NCBI GenBank assembly: GCA_039028615.1
Contig: JBCCHT010000025.1
Location: forward strand, 128,001-192,000
Direction of reading: 5' to 3'
Source: Myxococcota bacterium
GTDB taxonomy: Bacteria > Myxococcota_A > Polyangia > Nannocystales > Nannocystaceae
Length of the DNA: 64,000 nucleotides
This document shows, in pieces, positions 53,923 to 63,938 of the stretch. The position numbers and the translations under genes were made by a program. Position 1 is the first letter of the stretch; every line of letters begins with the position of its first letter. Below the pieces are notes generated by a model. It was not told the DNA's origin. It ran no database searches and saw nothing but the letters and a program-made list of their open reading frames with translations.

Positions 53923-56712
53923 TCAGGCGATGGCCGTGCCGTCGCCACCGCCCACGGGGAAGCCGGGGCCGCCCTCGGTGGGACCGTAGATGCCCTGCGG
54001 CGCGGGTGCGATGTCGAGGTTCACGAGGTAGTCGGGGATGAGCTGGTTGCGAGAGCCCGCGTTACCGCTCCAGTTGAACACCACGATGCCTTCGCCCGCC
54101 ATGCGGGGCAGGTTCGCGGCGCTGGTGAGCCGGCCGTTGGCCGTGGCCACCGCGTTCCATCGGGTGATGAAGTCGTTCACCGCCCAGCCGCGCACGGTGG
54201 CTGCGGTGACGCCCAGGTTGTGGGACCACATCTTCTCGCGGGCGGCCCGGACCCACTCGCGTTGATCGACGGTGACGTTGAGCTCGGAGTCCAGCTCGAA
54301 GCTGCGCACGTTGGCGTTGGCCGAGCCCACGCTCATCGTCTGGTCGTCGGCCATGATCATCTTGGAGTGCACCGAGCGGTTGAACATGGTGTACACGGCC
54401 GCGCGCGAGCCGAAGGCGGTGGTCACTCGCCGGAAGAACTCGTGCTGGAGGCCGTCGCCGTGCGAGGTGAGCGGGTTGGTGCCGTCGTCGGCCGCCGCGT
54501 TGGCCAACACCACGAAGATCGCCCGCAGAGAGCTGGCCGCCCCCGCCCGCGCCACGAGCTCGTCGGCCAGGCTCAGGTCGCGGAAGTACTGGTTTTCCAG
54601 GTACAGGAACGAGCGCGCGCAGTTGATGATCTTCGTATACGACTGCCGAACGTCGCGGCGATTGACGGTATACGCCCCGATGGTGGCGCCCGAGGAGATG
54701 GTACGGGTGAGCTGCACCGAGTGCGCACGCTTGGCCGCCGTGTTGTCGTCGGCGTGCAGGCGGCTGGGCTGGCTGAGCGTGCCGAAGCTGCCCCAGTCGG
54801 GCAGCAACGAGTTGCGAGCCCCGCCCTGCTCCCGATTCCAGCGCTCGACGAACTGCCGCTCGACGTCGCGGGTGATCGGCCCCTCCATCTTCATGGTGAG
54901 GTCGTGCCAGCCGATCATGCCGCTGTAGCTCCACGCCGAGGGCACCTTGCGCGACTCGATGTCGAGCCCCCCGCAGTACGCCGTCGTCGCGTTGCCCTGG
55001 CGCGTGACCATGAACTTCTGGTGATGGCTACCGATGAAGATCGGCCCCGAGCCGCCGCCGTGCAGCGCCCGAATGGCCGCGGCGCGCAGGCCCCCGTAGC
55101 TGGCCGGGTGGCGGCTGACGATGTACTTGAAGCGCGCCCGCGCGGTGGCGGAGAGCCCCCGCACCAGCGCCTCCAGCGGGGTGAGGCTGCTGCGGCGCAG
55201 CCACGCGTCGAGCCCCGAGAAGGGGTCGAAGTCGTTGATGAGGATGCGGACCTCCACCCCTTCGCCCGCCTTCTTGCCGAGCAAGCTGCCCCAGGTCGTC
55301 TCGCCGGAGTAGGCCCCCGTCTGCAGCCCGGTCGCCGGTTCGAAGAACCACGCCGACAGGTAGCAGAAGTCGCCGCTGCCCAGCGCCTTGACCGACCGCT
55401 CCATCTCGTCGAGGGGCTGGGTCGCGTCGATGTCGGGCGAGCTGCCGTTGGAGTTGCGACCGTTGATCAGCAGCTCGAGGCGCCCTTGGGTCGGCGCCGC
55501 GACCCAGTCGGTGTAGCTGGTGCTGCTCGCCGTCGGGATCCAGACCGAGCACGACGCCGAGGAGCCCGAGAAGTCGGGCGCCGACCAGTACAGCCCGTGG
55601 GTATTGGCCGAGTCGGCGCCGTCCCCATCGAGGAACATCCGCGTACCGCCGCGGTAGATCGTCGTGGAGTTGACCTCGACCTGCACCGACTTCAGCGCCC
55701 AGCCGTCGGTGCCCTCCTTGCGGATCATGATCTGCCGAAAGTCGGAGCGCCTCACCCCGCTGAGGTTGCGCAGCGTGAAGGTGTTGCTGGTATTGCGAGC
55801 GAAGTTGGAGGAGGGATCCCCCAGCGTCCACTCGTTGATTCCGTTGCTGAAGTACAGGTAGTCGCCGGTTCCCGCGTTGGCGACGTCGTCCGTCTCCACG
55901 GTGACGCGAAGCTGCGTGACCGCGGTCCCGGCCGCGGCGCGTGAGGGGTAGTTCCGCGAGGCCCACCACTTGCCGTGCTTGAGCTCTTCCCCCGGGCCGC
56001 CGTCGAGCCAGGTGCCCACCGCTTCGTCGAGCAGCACGGAGCCGTTGGCCGTGACCCGGATGTGCTGCACCTTCCACCCATCGGTGCCTTCCTTGCGCAG
56101 CGCGATCTGGCGAATGTGGCTCAGCCGTAGGGAGCCGAGCGCCCGCAGCGTGTACGTGTCGGTCGCCCCCGTCTGGAAGTCGTCGTGGTCGGCCCGGTCG
56201 AGCAGCCACTCGCGGGTGCCGACGTTGAAGTACACCGAGTCGTTGGTCCCGCTGTCCGCGTCCGAGGCCGTGGTCAGCCGCACCTCCAGCGAGGTGACCG
56301 CGGCATCGGTCCGGCCGGAGCCCAGCGACACGGGGGTGCCGAAGTCGGGCGCCTGCCAGCGAAGGCCGTAGAGCAGGCCCGCCCCCTCGCCGCCGTCGAG
56401 GAACATGTTGATCGTGCCCCGATAGAGCGGCGTGCCGCTCATCGCCGGGTTGTTGACCCACACCTCGATCGTCTGCGGCTTCCAGCCGTCGGTCCCCGTC
56501 TTGCGCAGCTGGATCGCGGTGATGTGCGAGGTGTCCAGCCCAGGCGAAATGGCGAGGGTATAGGCGCGCGTCTGACCGGGCTCGAAGTCGTCGCGATCGG
56601 TATCGAGGTACCACTCGCGCGTACCGATGCCGAAGTAGACGAAGTCGTTGGTGCCGGAGTCGGCGTCGCTCGACGTCACGAGCTTGACGATCAGGGAGGT
56701 AATGGCCGTCAT
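53923..56712 (-). CDS. Phospholipase D with three N-terminal PLAT/LH2 domains
   Basis: Three T.....GT.D.VY...EW.L....F..G....F/YTL...GW repeats; HHQK..GGLD, WHD, YLENQYF, VHSKMIMADD..GSAN. Confidence 0.85.
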   Translation of the reverse strand: MTAITSLIVKLVTSSDADSGTNDFVYFGIGTREWYLDTDRDDFEPGQTRAYTLAISPGLDTSHITAIQLRKTGTDGWKPQTIEVWVNNPAMSGTPLYRGTINMFLDGGEGAGLLYGLRWQAPDFGTPVSLGSGRTDAAVTSLEVRLTTASDADSGTNDSVYFNVGTREWLLDRADHDDFQTGATDTYTLRALGSLRLSHIRQIALRKEGTDGWKVQHIRVTANGSVLLDEAVGTWLDGGPGEELKHGKWWASRNYPSRAAAGTAVTQLRVTVETDDVANAGTGDYLYFSNGINEWTLGDPSSNFARNTSNTFTLRNLSGVRRSDFRQIMIRKEGTDGWALKSVQVEVNSTTIYRGGTRMFLDGDGADSANTHGLYWSAPDFSGSSASCSVWIPTASSTSYTDWVAAPTQGRLELLINGRNSNGSSPDIDATQPLDEMERSVKALGSGDFCYLSAWFFEPATGLQTGAYSGETTWGSLLGKKAGEGVEVRILINDFDPFSGLDAWLRRSSLTPLEALVRGLSATARARFKYIVSRHPASYGGLRAAAIRALHGGGSGPIFIGSHHQKFMVTRQGNATTAYCGGLDIESRKVPSAWSYSGMIGWHDLTMKMEGPITRDVERQFVERWNREQGGARNSLLPDWGSFGTLSQPSRLHADDNTAAKRAHSVQLTRTISSGATIGAYTVNRRDVRQSYTKIINCARSFLYLENQYFRDLSLADELVARAGAASSLRAIFVVLANAAADDGTNPLTSHGDGLQHEFFRRVTTAFGSRAAVYTMFNRSVHSKMIMADDQTMSVGSANANVRSFELDSELNVTVDQREWVRAAREKMWSHNLGVTAATVRGWAVNDFITRWNAVATANGRLTSAANLPRMAGEGIVVFNWSGNAGSRNQLIPDYLVNLDIAPAPQGIYGPTEGGPGFPVGGGDGTAIA

Positions 56713-56945
56713 CCGCTGCTTCCTGTCCCATCTCCGCGTCGGGCCGCTGGCCAACGACGCGGAGTTACGAATGGGGTCGGAATTCTAGGCTGCGGCCGAT
56801 TTCCACTCAAGCACGCTCGCCTCCGACGTCCCTCGTTCCCGCGACTTCGCGCCCACGCTCCCGAATCGGGTCGGGTCTCATGACCTCTCGTCGAGCCAGC
56901 CCATGAGCCGCTCGACGACGCGCGACCCCGATCGCGCGTCGGACC

Positions 56946-59852
56946 TCAACGAGCGGACGAGTCCTGCTCGGCGAGCCACTCCCGGCCGCGCTCACGCAAG
57001 TCCTCGCCGACCTCGGGCCGCGCGACCCAGGCCTTCATCTGCTCGACTGCGGCCGCGGGCTCGTCGAAGCCCATCGCCATGATGAGCAGCAGCTGGGCGC
57101 GATGCCGCAGGCCCTGGAATTGCGGATGGTCCTCCGTCAGCGCGATCACCTGGTGGGCAGCCGAGCGGATCTCGTCGGGTTCCTCCGCCACGAGCGCGGC
57201 TTCGGCCAGCCCCAGCAGCGGCATGCCCAACCGCGGGTTGTCTTCTCCCAGCGCACGCGTGCGGATCTCCAGTGAGCGGCGGAAGTAGTCCCGAGCCTCC
57301 TCCACGTGCCCCTGCCCCAGCAGCGCGCCCGCGAGGTTGCTCTGCGCTACCGCGAGGTGGGGAAACTCGGCGACCGCGTTGTCGGTGAGCAGCTTGACGA
57401 TCCTCTCCAGCGTGGGGCGGGCCTCGTCGTAGCGCTCGAGCGCCAGGTAGGTGTTGGCCAGGTTGTTGAGCACCATCGTGTGCAGCAGGTTGTCGCCGGC
57501 ATCGATGCTGTCGACCACCGCCACCGCTCGCGCGTGCCAGCGCAGCGCTTCATCGAAGTTCCTCATGTCGTTTTGGATCCCGCCGAGGTTCGACAGCGCG
57601 ATGGCCAGGTCGACGTCGGGAACGCGGGTGGCTTCGTGTAGCGCGAGAGACCGCTCGAGAATCGGCTGCGCCTCCTTGGGGCGACCGCCCTCGATGTGCG
57701 CGGCGGCGATGTCGTAGAGCGTGTTGTACAGCGCCGGGTGCTCGGACCCGTAGAGCGCCTCCTGCTCGCGGAGCAGGCCTTCGAGGCGTTCGACGCCACC
57801 GTCGAAGTCCCCGTCGACCACGTCCACCATCGCCAAGCGGCGGAGCGTCTGGAACGAGGTGGGATGGCGAGGCCCCAGCGTACGCCCAAAGATCTCGAGG
57901 GCGCGCTCGAGCTGCGCTCGGGCCTCGACATGCTCGCCGCGCCCCATCGCCTCGCGGCCGAGGGCATGGGCATGGCGACCGTGATTGAGATCGCCTTCGG
58001 CGCCCATCTGGTCCAACAGCACGCTCGCATGCCGCAACCACAGCGTTCGCCGATCACCGAGCTTGGAGCCTCGGCCTTCATAGGACTCGGCCAACAGCGC
58101 GGCCCCGAATGCCGTCTCGAGCTCGCCCGCTCGAGCCGCCTCGAAGTAGGCATCGACCACGTAGTCGAAGCCCTGTTCGTTGCCTTCCAGGTAGAACGCG
58201 GCCTTCGCTCGCCGAAGGGCCGCGCTGGCGACCAAGGGTGCCCACGCGAGTTCCGTGGCGCGCTCGTAGACGGCCGTCGACCGCACGAGGGCGTCCTCGT
58301 AGTCCCCCGTGGTGTAGGAGGCCCACGATCGCGCCAGCTCGTGTCGAGCCTCGCGGACCTGCTCGCGAGACTCGTCGGGCGGTACCGAGATCTGCTGGAG
58401 CCGAACTGGGTCGAGGCACGTATCGGACGACGCCAGGTTCTTGGACGCCACGATGGCCGAGGCCATGACCGCGTCGTTGGGGTGAGACAGCTGGTCGATG
58501 ACCACGTACAGCTCCACCCGACGATCATCCAGGCACCACTGCGCGCGGGCGTACTTGGAGCGCATCCACGAGCGATCCACCGTGTGATGGCGGCAGACCT
58601 CGATCGTCGCGTCCGCCCACGCCTCGGCACGCGCGCCCAGGACCGCGAGCACCTGGGACGCCGTGACCTTGGCGTACGGTGCTTCGTGACTCCCGAGCGC
58701 CTCGCCGAGCGCCTCGCGGCGCGATTCGTTCCAGACCTCGGAGATCGCGGCCCCCTGCTCTTCGCAGGCCTGCACCAGCTGCGCGCTCCGTAGCTGCACG
58801 GCGCCGATCCCTGCTGCCCCGACCATCGCAACGCCGGCCACCGCCCACGCGGCTCGGCGTCGCTTCACTCGCCCCCAGGCGCGACGAAGGTCGTCGAGCA
58901 GCTCCGCCATCGACGGCCAGCGCTCGCCGGGCTCGACGGCCAGCCCGCGCTCGCACGCCTTGCGGACCGACGGCGGCACCCCGTGGCCCGGCGGTGGATC
59001 CTGACGCGCGCCGCGGACCACGTTGGCGGCCAGCTCGTAGGTCGAGCCGCCCTTGAAGGGTCGACGGCTGAACAGCGCCTCCCACAGCATCGAGCAGAAC
59101 GCGAACTGGTCGGTGCGCGCGTCCAGGGGACGCCGCAGGAACTGCTCGGGCGACATGTACTGCGGCGTACCGACCGCGGGAGCCATGGTGCCCGCACCGA
59201 TGGAGACGTCGGTCCCGTCGCCGGTCGAGCCGGTGAGCTCGGTGCCCAGCTGGGCAATGCCGAAGTCGGTCACCCGCGGGCGGCCGTCCTTGCCGACCAG
59301 CACGTTGTCCGGCTTGAGATCGCAGTGCACGAGCCCGGCTTCGTGCGCGGCCACGATGCCGCGCCCCACCGCCAGGTACATCTGCAGGACTTCTCGCCAC
59401 GCGCGTCGTCGCTCGCGCTGCCAGCCGCGCAGCGTGGTGCCCTCCACCAGCTCCATCGCCACGAACGCACGGTCGTCGGTAATCCCCACGTCGTGCACCG
59501 TGACCACGTTGGGGTGGCTGAGCCGGGCCATGGCCTTGCCTTCCCGCAGCAGGCGCTCGTCGACCGCGAGATCGGGATGCAGCACCTTGATCGCGATCCG
59601 TCGCTCGAGCTGCGGATCGTAGGCCTCGTACACCCGACCCATGCCGCCCGCGCCGATCGAGCGCCGCAGCTGGTAGCGACCGATCTCCTCCGGGCCTCGC
59701 TCGCTGACCGTCTCCGCGCCGAACAGATCGGCCAGCACTTTGTTGAGCCCCAGCGCACGCTCGAGCGAGGGTGGCTTCAGCTCGTCGACCCCGGTCGGCG
59801 GCGCGACGTCGCCGTCCGTCGAGGGCACGGAGTCGTACTCGTCGGCGCTCAC
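56946..59852 (-). CDS. Membrane Ser/Thr protein kinase with TPR repeats (HCD, non-RD)
   Basis: IGAGGMG, IAIK, HCDLKPDN, DFG, GTPQYMSPE; TM; TPR repeats; GTGA coupling to the ECF stop. Confidence 0.95.
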   Translation of the reverse strand: MSADEYDSVPSTDGDVAPPTGVDELKPPSLERALGLNKVLADLFGAETVSERGPEEIGRYQLRRSIGAGGMGRVYEAYDPQLERRIAIKVLHPDLAVDERLLREGKAMARLSHPNVVTVHDVGITDDRAFVAMELVEGTTLRGWQRERRRAWREVLQMYLAVGRGIVAAHEAGLVHCDLKPDNVLVGKDGRPRVTDFGIAQLGTELTGSTGDGTDVSIGAGTMAPAVGTPQYMSPEQFLRRPLDARTDQFAFCSMLWEALFSRRPFKGGSTYELAANVVRGARQDPPPGHGVPPSVRKACERGLAVEPGERWPSMAELLDDLRRAWGRVKRRRAAWAVAGVAMVGAAGIGAVQLRSAQLVQACEEQGAAISEVWNESRREALGEALGSHEAPYAKVTASQVLAVLGARAEAWADATIEVCRHHTVDRSWMRSKYARAQWCLDDRRVELYVVIDQLSHPNDAVMASAIVASKNLASSDTCLDPVRLQQISVPPDESREQVREARHELARSWASYTTGDYEDALVRSTAVYERATELAWAPLVASAALRRAKAAFYLEGNEQGFDYVVDAYFEAARAGELETAFGAALLAESYEGRGSKLGDRRTLWLRHASVLLDQMGAEGDLNHGRHAHALGREAMGRGEHVEARAQLERALEIFGRTLGPRHPTSFQTLRRLAMVDVVDGDFDGGVERLEGLLREQEALYGSEHPALYNTLYDIAAAHIEGGRPKEAQPILERSLALHEATRVPDVDLAIALSNLGGIQNDMRNFDEALRWHARAVAVVDSIDAGDNLLHTMVLNNLANTYLALERYDEARPTLERIVKLLTDNAVAEFPHLAVAQSNLAGALLGQGHVEEARDYFRRSLEIRTRALGEDNPRLGMPLLGLAEAALVAEEPDEIRSAAHQVIALTEDHPQFQGLRHRAQLLLIMAMGFDEPAAAVEQMKAWVARPEVGEDLRERGREWLAEQDSSAR

Positions 59853-60502
59853 GATGACTTCGGCGCCGGGGTGAGACCGGCACGGATCTGTCCGGCCCAC
59901 GTTTCGAGACCGACCACGGTGGATTGGGCGAGGGCCTCGTCCTCGGTGAGCGCCTCGATGGCCTCGCGCAGCCGCGTGCGACCGCGGCGACGGCGGGTGT
60001 AGACGGTGTCCACGGGCACCCCGAGCAGCTCGGCGATCGCGGCTGGATCGAGGCCCTCGACGAAGTCCAGCTCCAGCACGATCTGCTGCTCGATGGGGAT
60101 CCGTCGCAGCGCTCTCGCCAGCAGCTGCGCCTCTTCCCGTCGGGCAATCATGCGAGTGGGGCTGTCACCACCCAGGGTCTGGGCCACACACAGCTCCGAG
60201 AAGTCGTCGAGCTCGCGGGCGCGCTTGGTCTTCTTGCGCAGGTACGCCCGCAGCGTGTTCATCGCGATCGCGAACACGTAGCTGCGAAAGGCCCCCTGGT
60301 TTTCGATCGATTGGTGGCCACGCGTACACCCCAGCATCGTCTCCGACACGAGATCGGTGGCGTCCTCAGCGTCGCGAACCTTGTTGCGAAAGAACCGAAT
60401 CAGCAGGTCGTAGTAGCGCTCGACGAGGCGAGCCCCCGCCCGCTGGTCGCCGCCGCGCCAGCGTTCGAGGAGTTCGTGATCGGCCAGCTCCGAGTGCGGC
60501 AC
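59849..60502 (-). CDS. ECF sigma factor (kinase-associated type)
   Basis: Paralog of 6983-7606 (RFFRNKV, FRSY.FA.AMNTLR, LAQSTVVGLETWA). Confidence 0.92.
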   Translation of the reverse strand: MPHSELADHELLERWRGGDQRAGARLVERYYDLLIRFFRNKVRDAEDATDLVSETMLGCTRGHQSIENQGAFRSYVFAIAMNTLRAYLRKKTKRARELDDFSELCVAQTLGGDSPTRMIARREEAQLLARALRRIPIEQQIVLELDFVEGLDPAAIAELLGVPVDTVYTRRRRGRTRLREAIEALTEDEALAQSTVVGLETWAGQIRAGLTPAPKSS

Positions 60503-60816
60503 GGCCGGGAGTATCCGACATCGAGACCGCGGGAGTAGGCCCAAAGCCGCCGAATCGATGGCCCCTCGTGTGTCGGATCTCCGGTCGGCAGCTCCGCCGA
60601 TCCCGCGGGCCCCGAGTAGAGCACGCTAACGACGTTGAACCGCGTGCTGTACCCCGCTCATCGGCGACGACGGGCACGACGGGAGGGTCGTAGTCGCGCG
60701 CCGAGTTGCCGACATTGTCCTACTGAATGTAACGGGAGTGCCTTCAATTGCCTGTGAGCGTCGGAAAAAGTCACGGCCCGCGGTGTCGATTCTGATGAAG
60801 ACGGAAGACGCGACGA

Positions 60817-61074
60817 ATGAGGGTGCACACCGTCAGCGCGAATCAGCGGCGCATGCTGCTCGAGCTGCTCGCCAGCGAGCGAGCCGGAGAGTTCGCCCTG
60901 TTCATCGGCCGCTATCTCGGGCGTGATCGTACCGCCAGCGAGCTGTGTCGCCTGCGGCTCTCCGATTGGGTCGACGAGCAAGAGATCATCTTCACCGCGC
61001 ACGGGCGGCAGGTGGCCGAGTCCTTGGCCAACCGACTCGTCGATCGCTACGCCTACGCCGAGCTGGTGAGCTGA
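60817..61074 (+). CDS. Small hypothetical protein, possibly winged helix
   Basis: GC3-biased 85-aa ORF with an IIFTAHGRQVAE wing/helix pattern. Confidence 0.55.
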   Translation: MRVHTVSANQRRMLLELLASERAGEFALFIGRYLGRDRTASELCRLRLSDWVDEQEIIFTAHGRQVAESLANRLVDRYAYAELVS

Positions 61075-61075
61075 G

Positions 61076-61501
61076 CTACCACTCGCCCGTGTTGGGCATC
61101 GACAGCCAGGGCTCTTTGGGCGGCAAGGCTTCGCCGGCCTGGAGCAGCTCGACGGAGATCGCATCCGGCGAGCGCACGAAGGCCATGCGTCCGTCCCGGG
61201 GCGGGCGATTGATCGTCACGCCTGCCTGCTGCAGACGCTCGCAAGCCTCGTAGATGTCATCGACCGCATAGGCCAGGTGCCCGAAGTTCCGGCCTCCCGT
61301 GTAGGCCTCGGTCTGATCCCAGTTGTGGGTGAGCTCGACCTCCGGCTCCCCCTCGGCCGTGGCCAAGAACACCAGGGTGAACTTGCCCTTGGGTACATCC
61401 TTGCGACGCACCTCTTTCAGGCCCAACACCCCGAAGAACGCCAGCGTAGCGTCGAGGTCACGCACCCGGATCATGGTGTGGAGGTACTTCACGCCGGGCA
61501 T
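61076..61501 (-). CDS. gloA: Lactoylglutathione lyase / VOC family protein
   Basis: [35 protein letters not shown]. Confidence 0.9.
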   Translation of the reverse strand: MPGVKYLHTMIRVRDLDATLAFFGVLGLKEVRRKDVPKGKFTLVFLATAEGEPEVELTHNWDQTEAYTGGRNFGHLAYAVDDIYEACERLQQAGVTINRPPRDGRMAFVRSPDAISVELLQAGEALPPKEPWLSMPNTGEW

Positions 61502-61519
61502 GATACGGGAAAGCCCCGC

Positions 61520-62848
61520 TCAGGCACCTCCGCACGCGGCCGTCACGATGCGATCCCAGCGGGACGGGGCCGAGCCGGCCGCATAGCGCCGGGCCACGGC
61601 ACGGGCATCGTCGGCTCGGCCGGCCGTGCACAAGACCTTCAGGCGCGTCGAACGAGCCTCGTCGCGCAGGACGCCGCGATCGAAGCGAGCATCGTAGTCG
61701 TCGAGTACAGACAGAGCCTTGCTCGTGTCACCGCGACGCAGCGCGCCGCGGGCGAGCTCCAGCAGGCGCGTTTCCTCGGCGAGAGTCGAGGCTGCCGTCG
61801 GCGGAGGCACAGTCGTTGCCGATGGCTTCGTGCTCCGCCGTGCCTTGCTGGCGCGACGCTTCGGCGAAGGCTCGGTCGAGGCCGCCGACGCGCGAGGAGG
61901 GGGAACCGGCTCGACCGGCGGAGGCTCGACCGTCGCATCGACGACCGCGGGGGGAGGCGGGACCGCAGGTGGGCTCGGCGGGGCAACCGGCTCGGCGCGC
62001 GGCACCGTAGCGGCGACCGTCTGAGGCTCGCGCTCGGGCTGCTCGCCAGCCGAGGTCGATGCGACCCACGTCAGCCCCAGCGCTCCGGCCACGGCCCCCA
62101 CGACGATCGGCAACGTCCACCCACCGCTCGACGACAGCGTGATGCTCTCCCACCCGGGCACGGCCGGCGAGCTCCCCTGCTCGAGCTGCAGCGCGACCGC
62201 AGCCGCCACCGCCTTGCGACGCCGCGCCTCGGGGCGCTCTTGGGCCGCAGCCTGAAGCACCGCCCGCGGCCGCAGCTGGCTCACCCGTTGGTTGCCGCGC
62301 TCCCGCGCATGCATCCGCCGCAGCGCGGTCCCGAACCGCTCCCGAGCGAGCCGCAGCCGCGAGTGCACCGTGCGAGGGTTGACGCCGAGGATCCGTGAAA
62401 TCTCCCGCACCTCCACGCCCTCGATCTCGGCGAGCACGAACACGGTGCGCTTGGGCGGATCGAGCTGTTCGAGGAGCGTGTCGACCAGGTGCCCCGCCTC
62501 CGCCCGTGCGAGGTGATCCTCGGGGTCGACGGTGGAGCGACCATGCATGCCCTCGCCCGCCTTGGTGCGCCGCGCCGCCTCGCGCGTGTCGCTGCGGCGC
62601 CGGGTCGAGGCCACCCGCACGGCCACCGCATAGATCCACGTGCGCAGCGACGCATGCCCGCGAAACTCGGGCAGCCGCCGCATGACCACCAAGAAGGTGT
62701 CCTGCACCGCGTCGTCGAGGTCCGAGTCGGGCACGCCGCAGTGCCGCAGCACCCGCCAGACATACGCAGAGTGCGCGCGATAGATCGCGGTCAGGGCCGA
62801 GGGATCGGCCGATTCGCGGGATTCAAAGCTGCGGCTGCCTTCCGGCAC
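61520..62848 (-). CDS. ECF sigma factor fused in-frame to a TM and TPR-like anti-sigma module
   Basis: Sigma2/sigma4 motifs, then VSQLRP.., TM, Pro linker, LAEETRLLELARGAL..LKVLCTAGR. Confidence 0.82.
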   Translation of the reverse strand: MPEGSRSFESRESADPSALTAIYRAHSAYVWRVLRHCGVPDSDLDDAVQDTFLVVMRRLPEFRGHASLRTWIYAVAVRVASTRRRSDTREAARRTKAGEGMHGRSTVDPEDHLARAEAGHLVDTLLEQLDPPKRTVFVLAEIEGVEVREISRILGVNPRTVHSRLRLARERFGTALRRMHARERGNQRVSQLRPRAVLQAAAQERPEARRRKAVAAAVALQLEQGSSPAVPGWESITLSSSGGWTLPIVVGAVAGALGLTWVASTSAGEQPEREPQTVAATVPRAEPVAPPSPPAVPPPPAVVDATVEPPPVEPVPPPRASAASTEPSPKRRASKARRSTKPSATTVPPPTAASTLAEETRLLELARGALRRGDTSKALSVLDDYDARFDRGVLRDEARSTRLKVLCTAGRADDARAVARRYAAGSAPSRWDRIVTAACGGA

Positions 62849-62897
62849 GGAAAAACGCAAAGTCCTCGATGGTTGGTGCCGCCGATCGGCGTACGCA

Positions 62898-63938
62898 TCA
62901 AGGAATTTTTCGTGCGCGGTGGATCTCGAGGCCGACCAACCCCCGCAGACCGCCCGCGCCCGCCGTCCACTGGCCCTGGACGCCATCGACCGAAAAGGCG
63001 GGGCGGTACAGCGAGATCACGCCTTCGAGCCCGGCCCACAGCGAAATTCGCTCCACCATCGCGTACTCGAGGCCGGGTTGGAGCACAGCCCCCGCCCAGG
63101 GAGCGACCGCCGATCGAGCCTCGATGAGCGCATTGCCCGTGCCTTGCCCCAGCACGGCGCCGCCATCCACCCCGGCGCACAGAGGCACGCGCAGCCGACC
63201 CCGGCCGAGCACGGGACAGACCCGCACCCCACCGCTGACCAGGCGCACCACGCCGGCCGCGTCCTGCTGCGCATCGAAGGAGACCCGACGCCCCGACCAC
63301 GCCTGGACAGCCGCTCGTACCTGGATCCGCTCGGTCCCCAGCCAGGGGGAGAGCACGCCGCCAAAGCCGGCTCCGGGCAGCACCAGGCCTCCCGGGCCCG
63401 CGCCGAGCCGCACGCCGAACTCGAGACCGGGGGCGACCGACCGCTTCCGCTCGGCCTTCGTCTTTGGCGGGGTCCCGGGCGGCTCGGGCCGCGGGGGCTC
63501 CACGGGCGCGGGGCGTCTCGGCCGACGTCGCACCGCCGGCTCGGGCACGGTCGTTGGCTCCTGCTCCGCCTCCGACTCCTGCTCGGCGATCGCCTCCGCC
63601 GTCGTCAGAGGATCCAGCCCGACCGCGACCACCACCATGTTCGCGCGCGCCAAGAGCTCGCACTCGGGCGCCCACAGCTCGCGCGTGGACGAGGCCGGAC
63701 CCGCATCGAGCACCAACCGGGAGGCAAAGCCGTCGTCGCGGGCCTCCACCGTGATCTCCGCCCGCACGGCGATGGTGGGCGGAGCGTCGAGGGTCAGCGC
63801 CTCGAGCCAGCCGTCGACCTGCCCTTCATTCGGGCATCCCGGCGGCGCGACCCAACGCAGCGCCACACCAGCGCGACGGGGAACCTCCGACCGCGGGCTG
63901 GACAGCGCCATCGTCGCGATCAGGCCGAGCATGAGCAT
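62898..63938 (-). CDS. Exported WxAPxGCP protein with a probable beta-barrel
   Basis: WVAPPGCP, Pro-rich linker, beta-strand C-terminus; paralog of 28264-29244. Confidence 0.72.
   Translation of the reverse strand: MLMLGLIATMALSSPRSEVPRRAGVALRWVAPPGCPNEGQVDGWLEALTLDAPPTIAVRAEITVEARDDGFASRLVLDAGPASSTRELWAPECELLARANMVVVAVGLDPLTTAEAIAEQESEAEQEPTTVPEPAVRRRPRRPAPVEPPRPEPPGTPPKTKAERKRSVAPGLEFGVRLGAGPGGLVLPGAGFGGVLSPWLGTERIQVRAAVQAWSGRRVSFDAQQDAAGVVRLVSGGVRVCPVLGRGRLRVPLCAGVDGGAVLGQGTGNALIEARSAVAPWAGAVLQPGLEYAMVERISLWAGLEGVISLYRPAFSVDGVQGQWTAGAGGLRGLVGLEIHRARKIP

Noticed and set aside
53533..55944. 803-aa plus-strand ORF
   Set aside because: Antisense shadow of the PLD gene, typical of high-GC DNA
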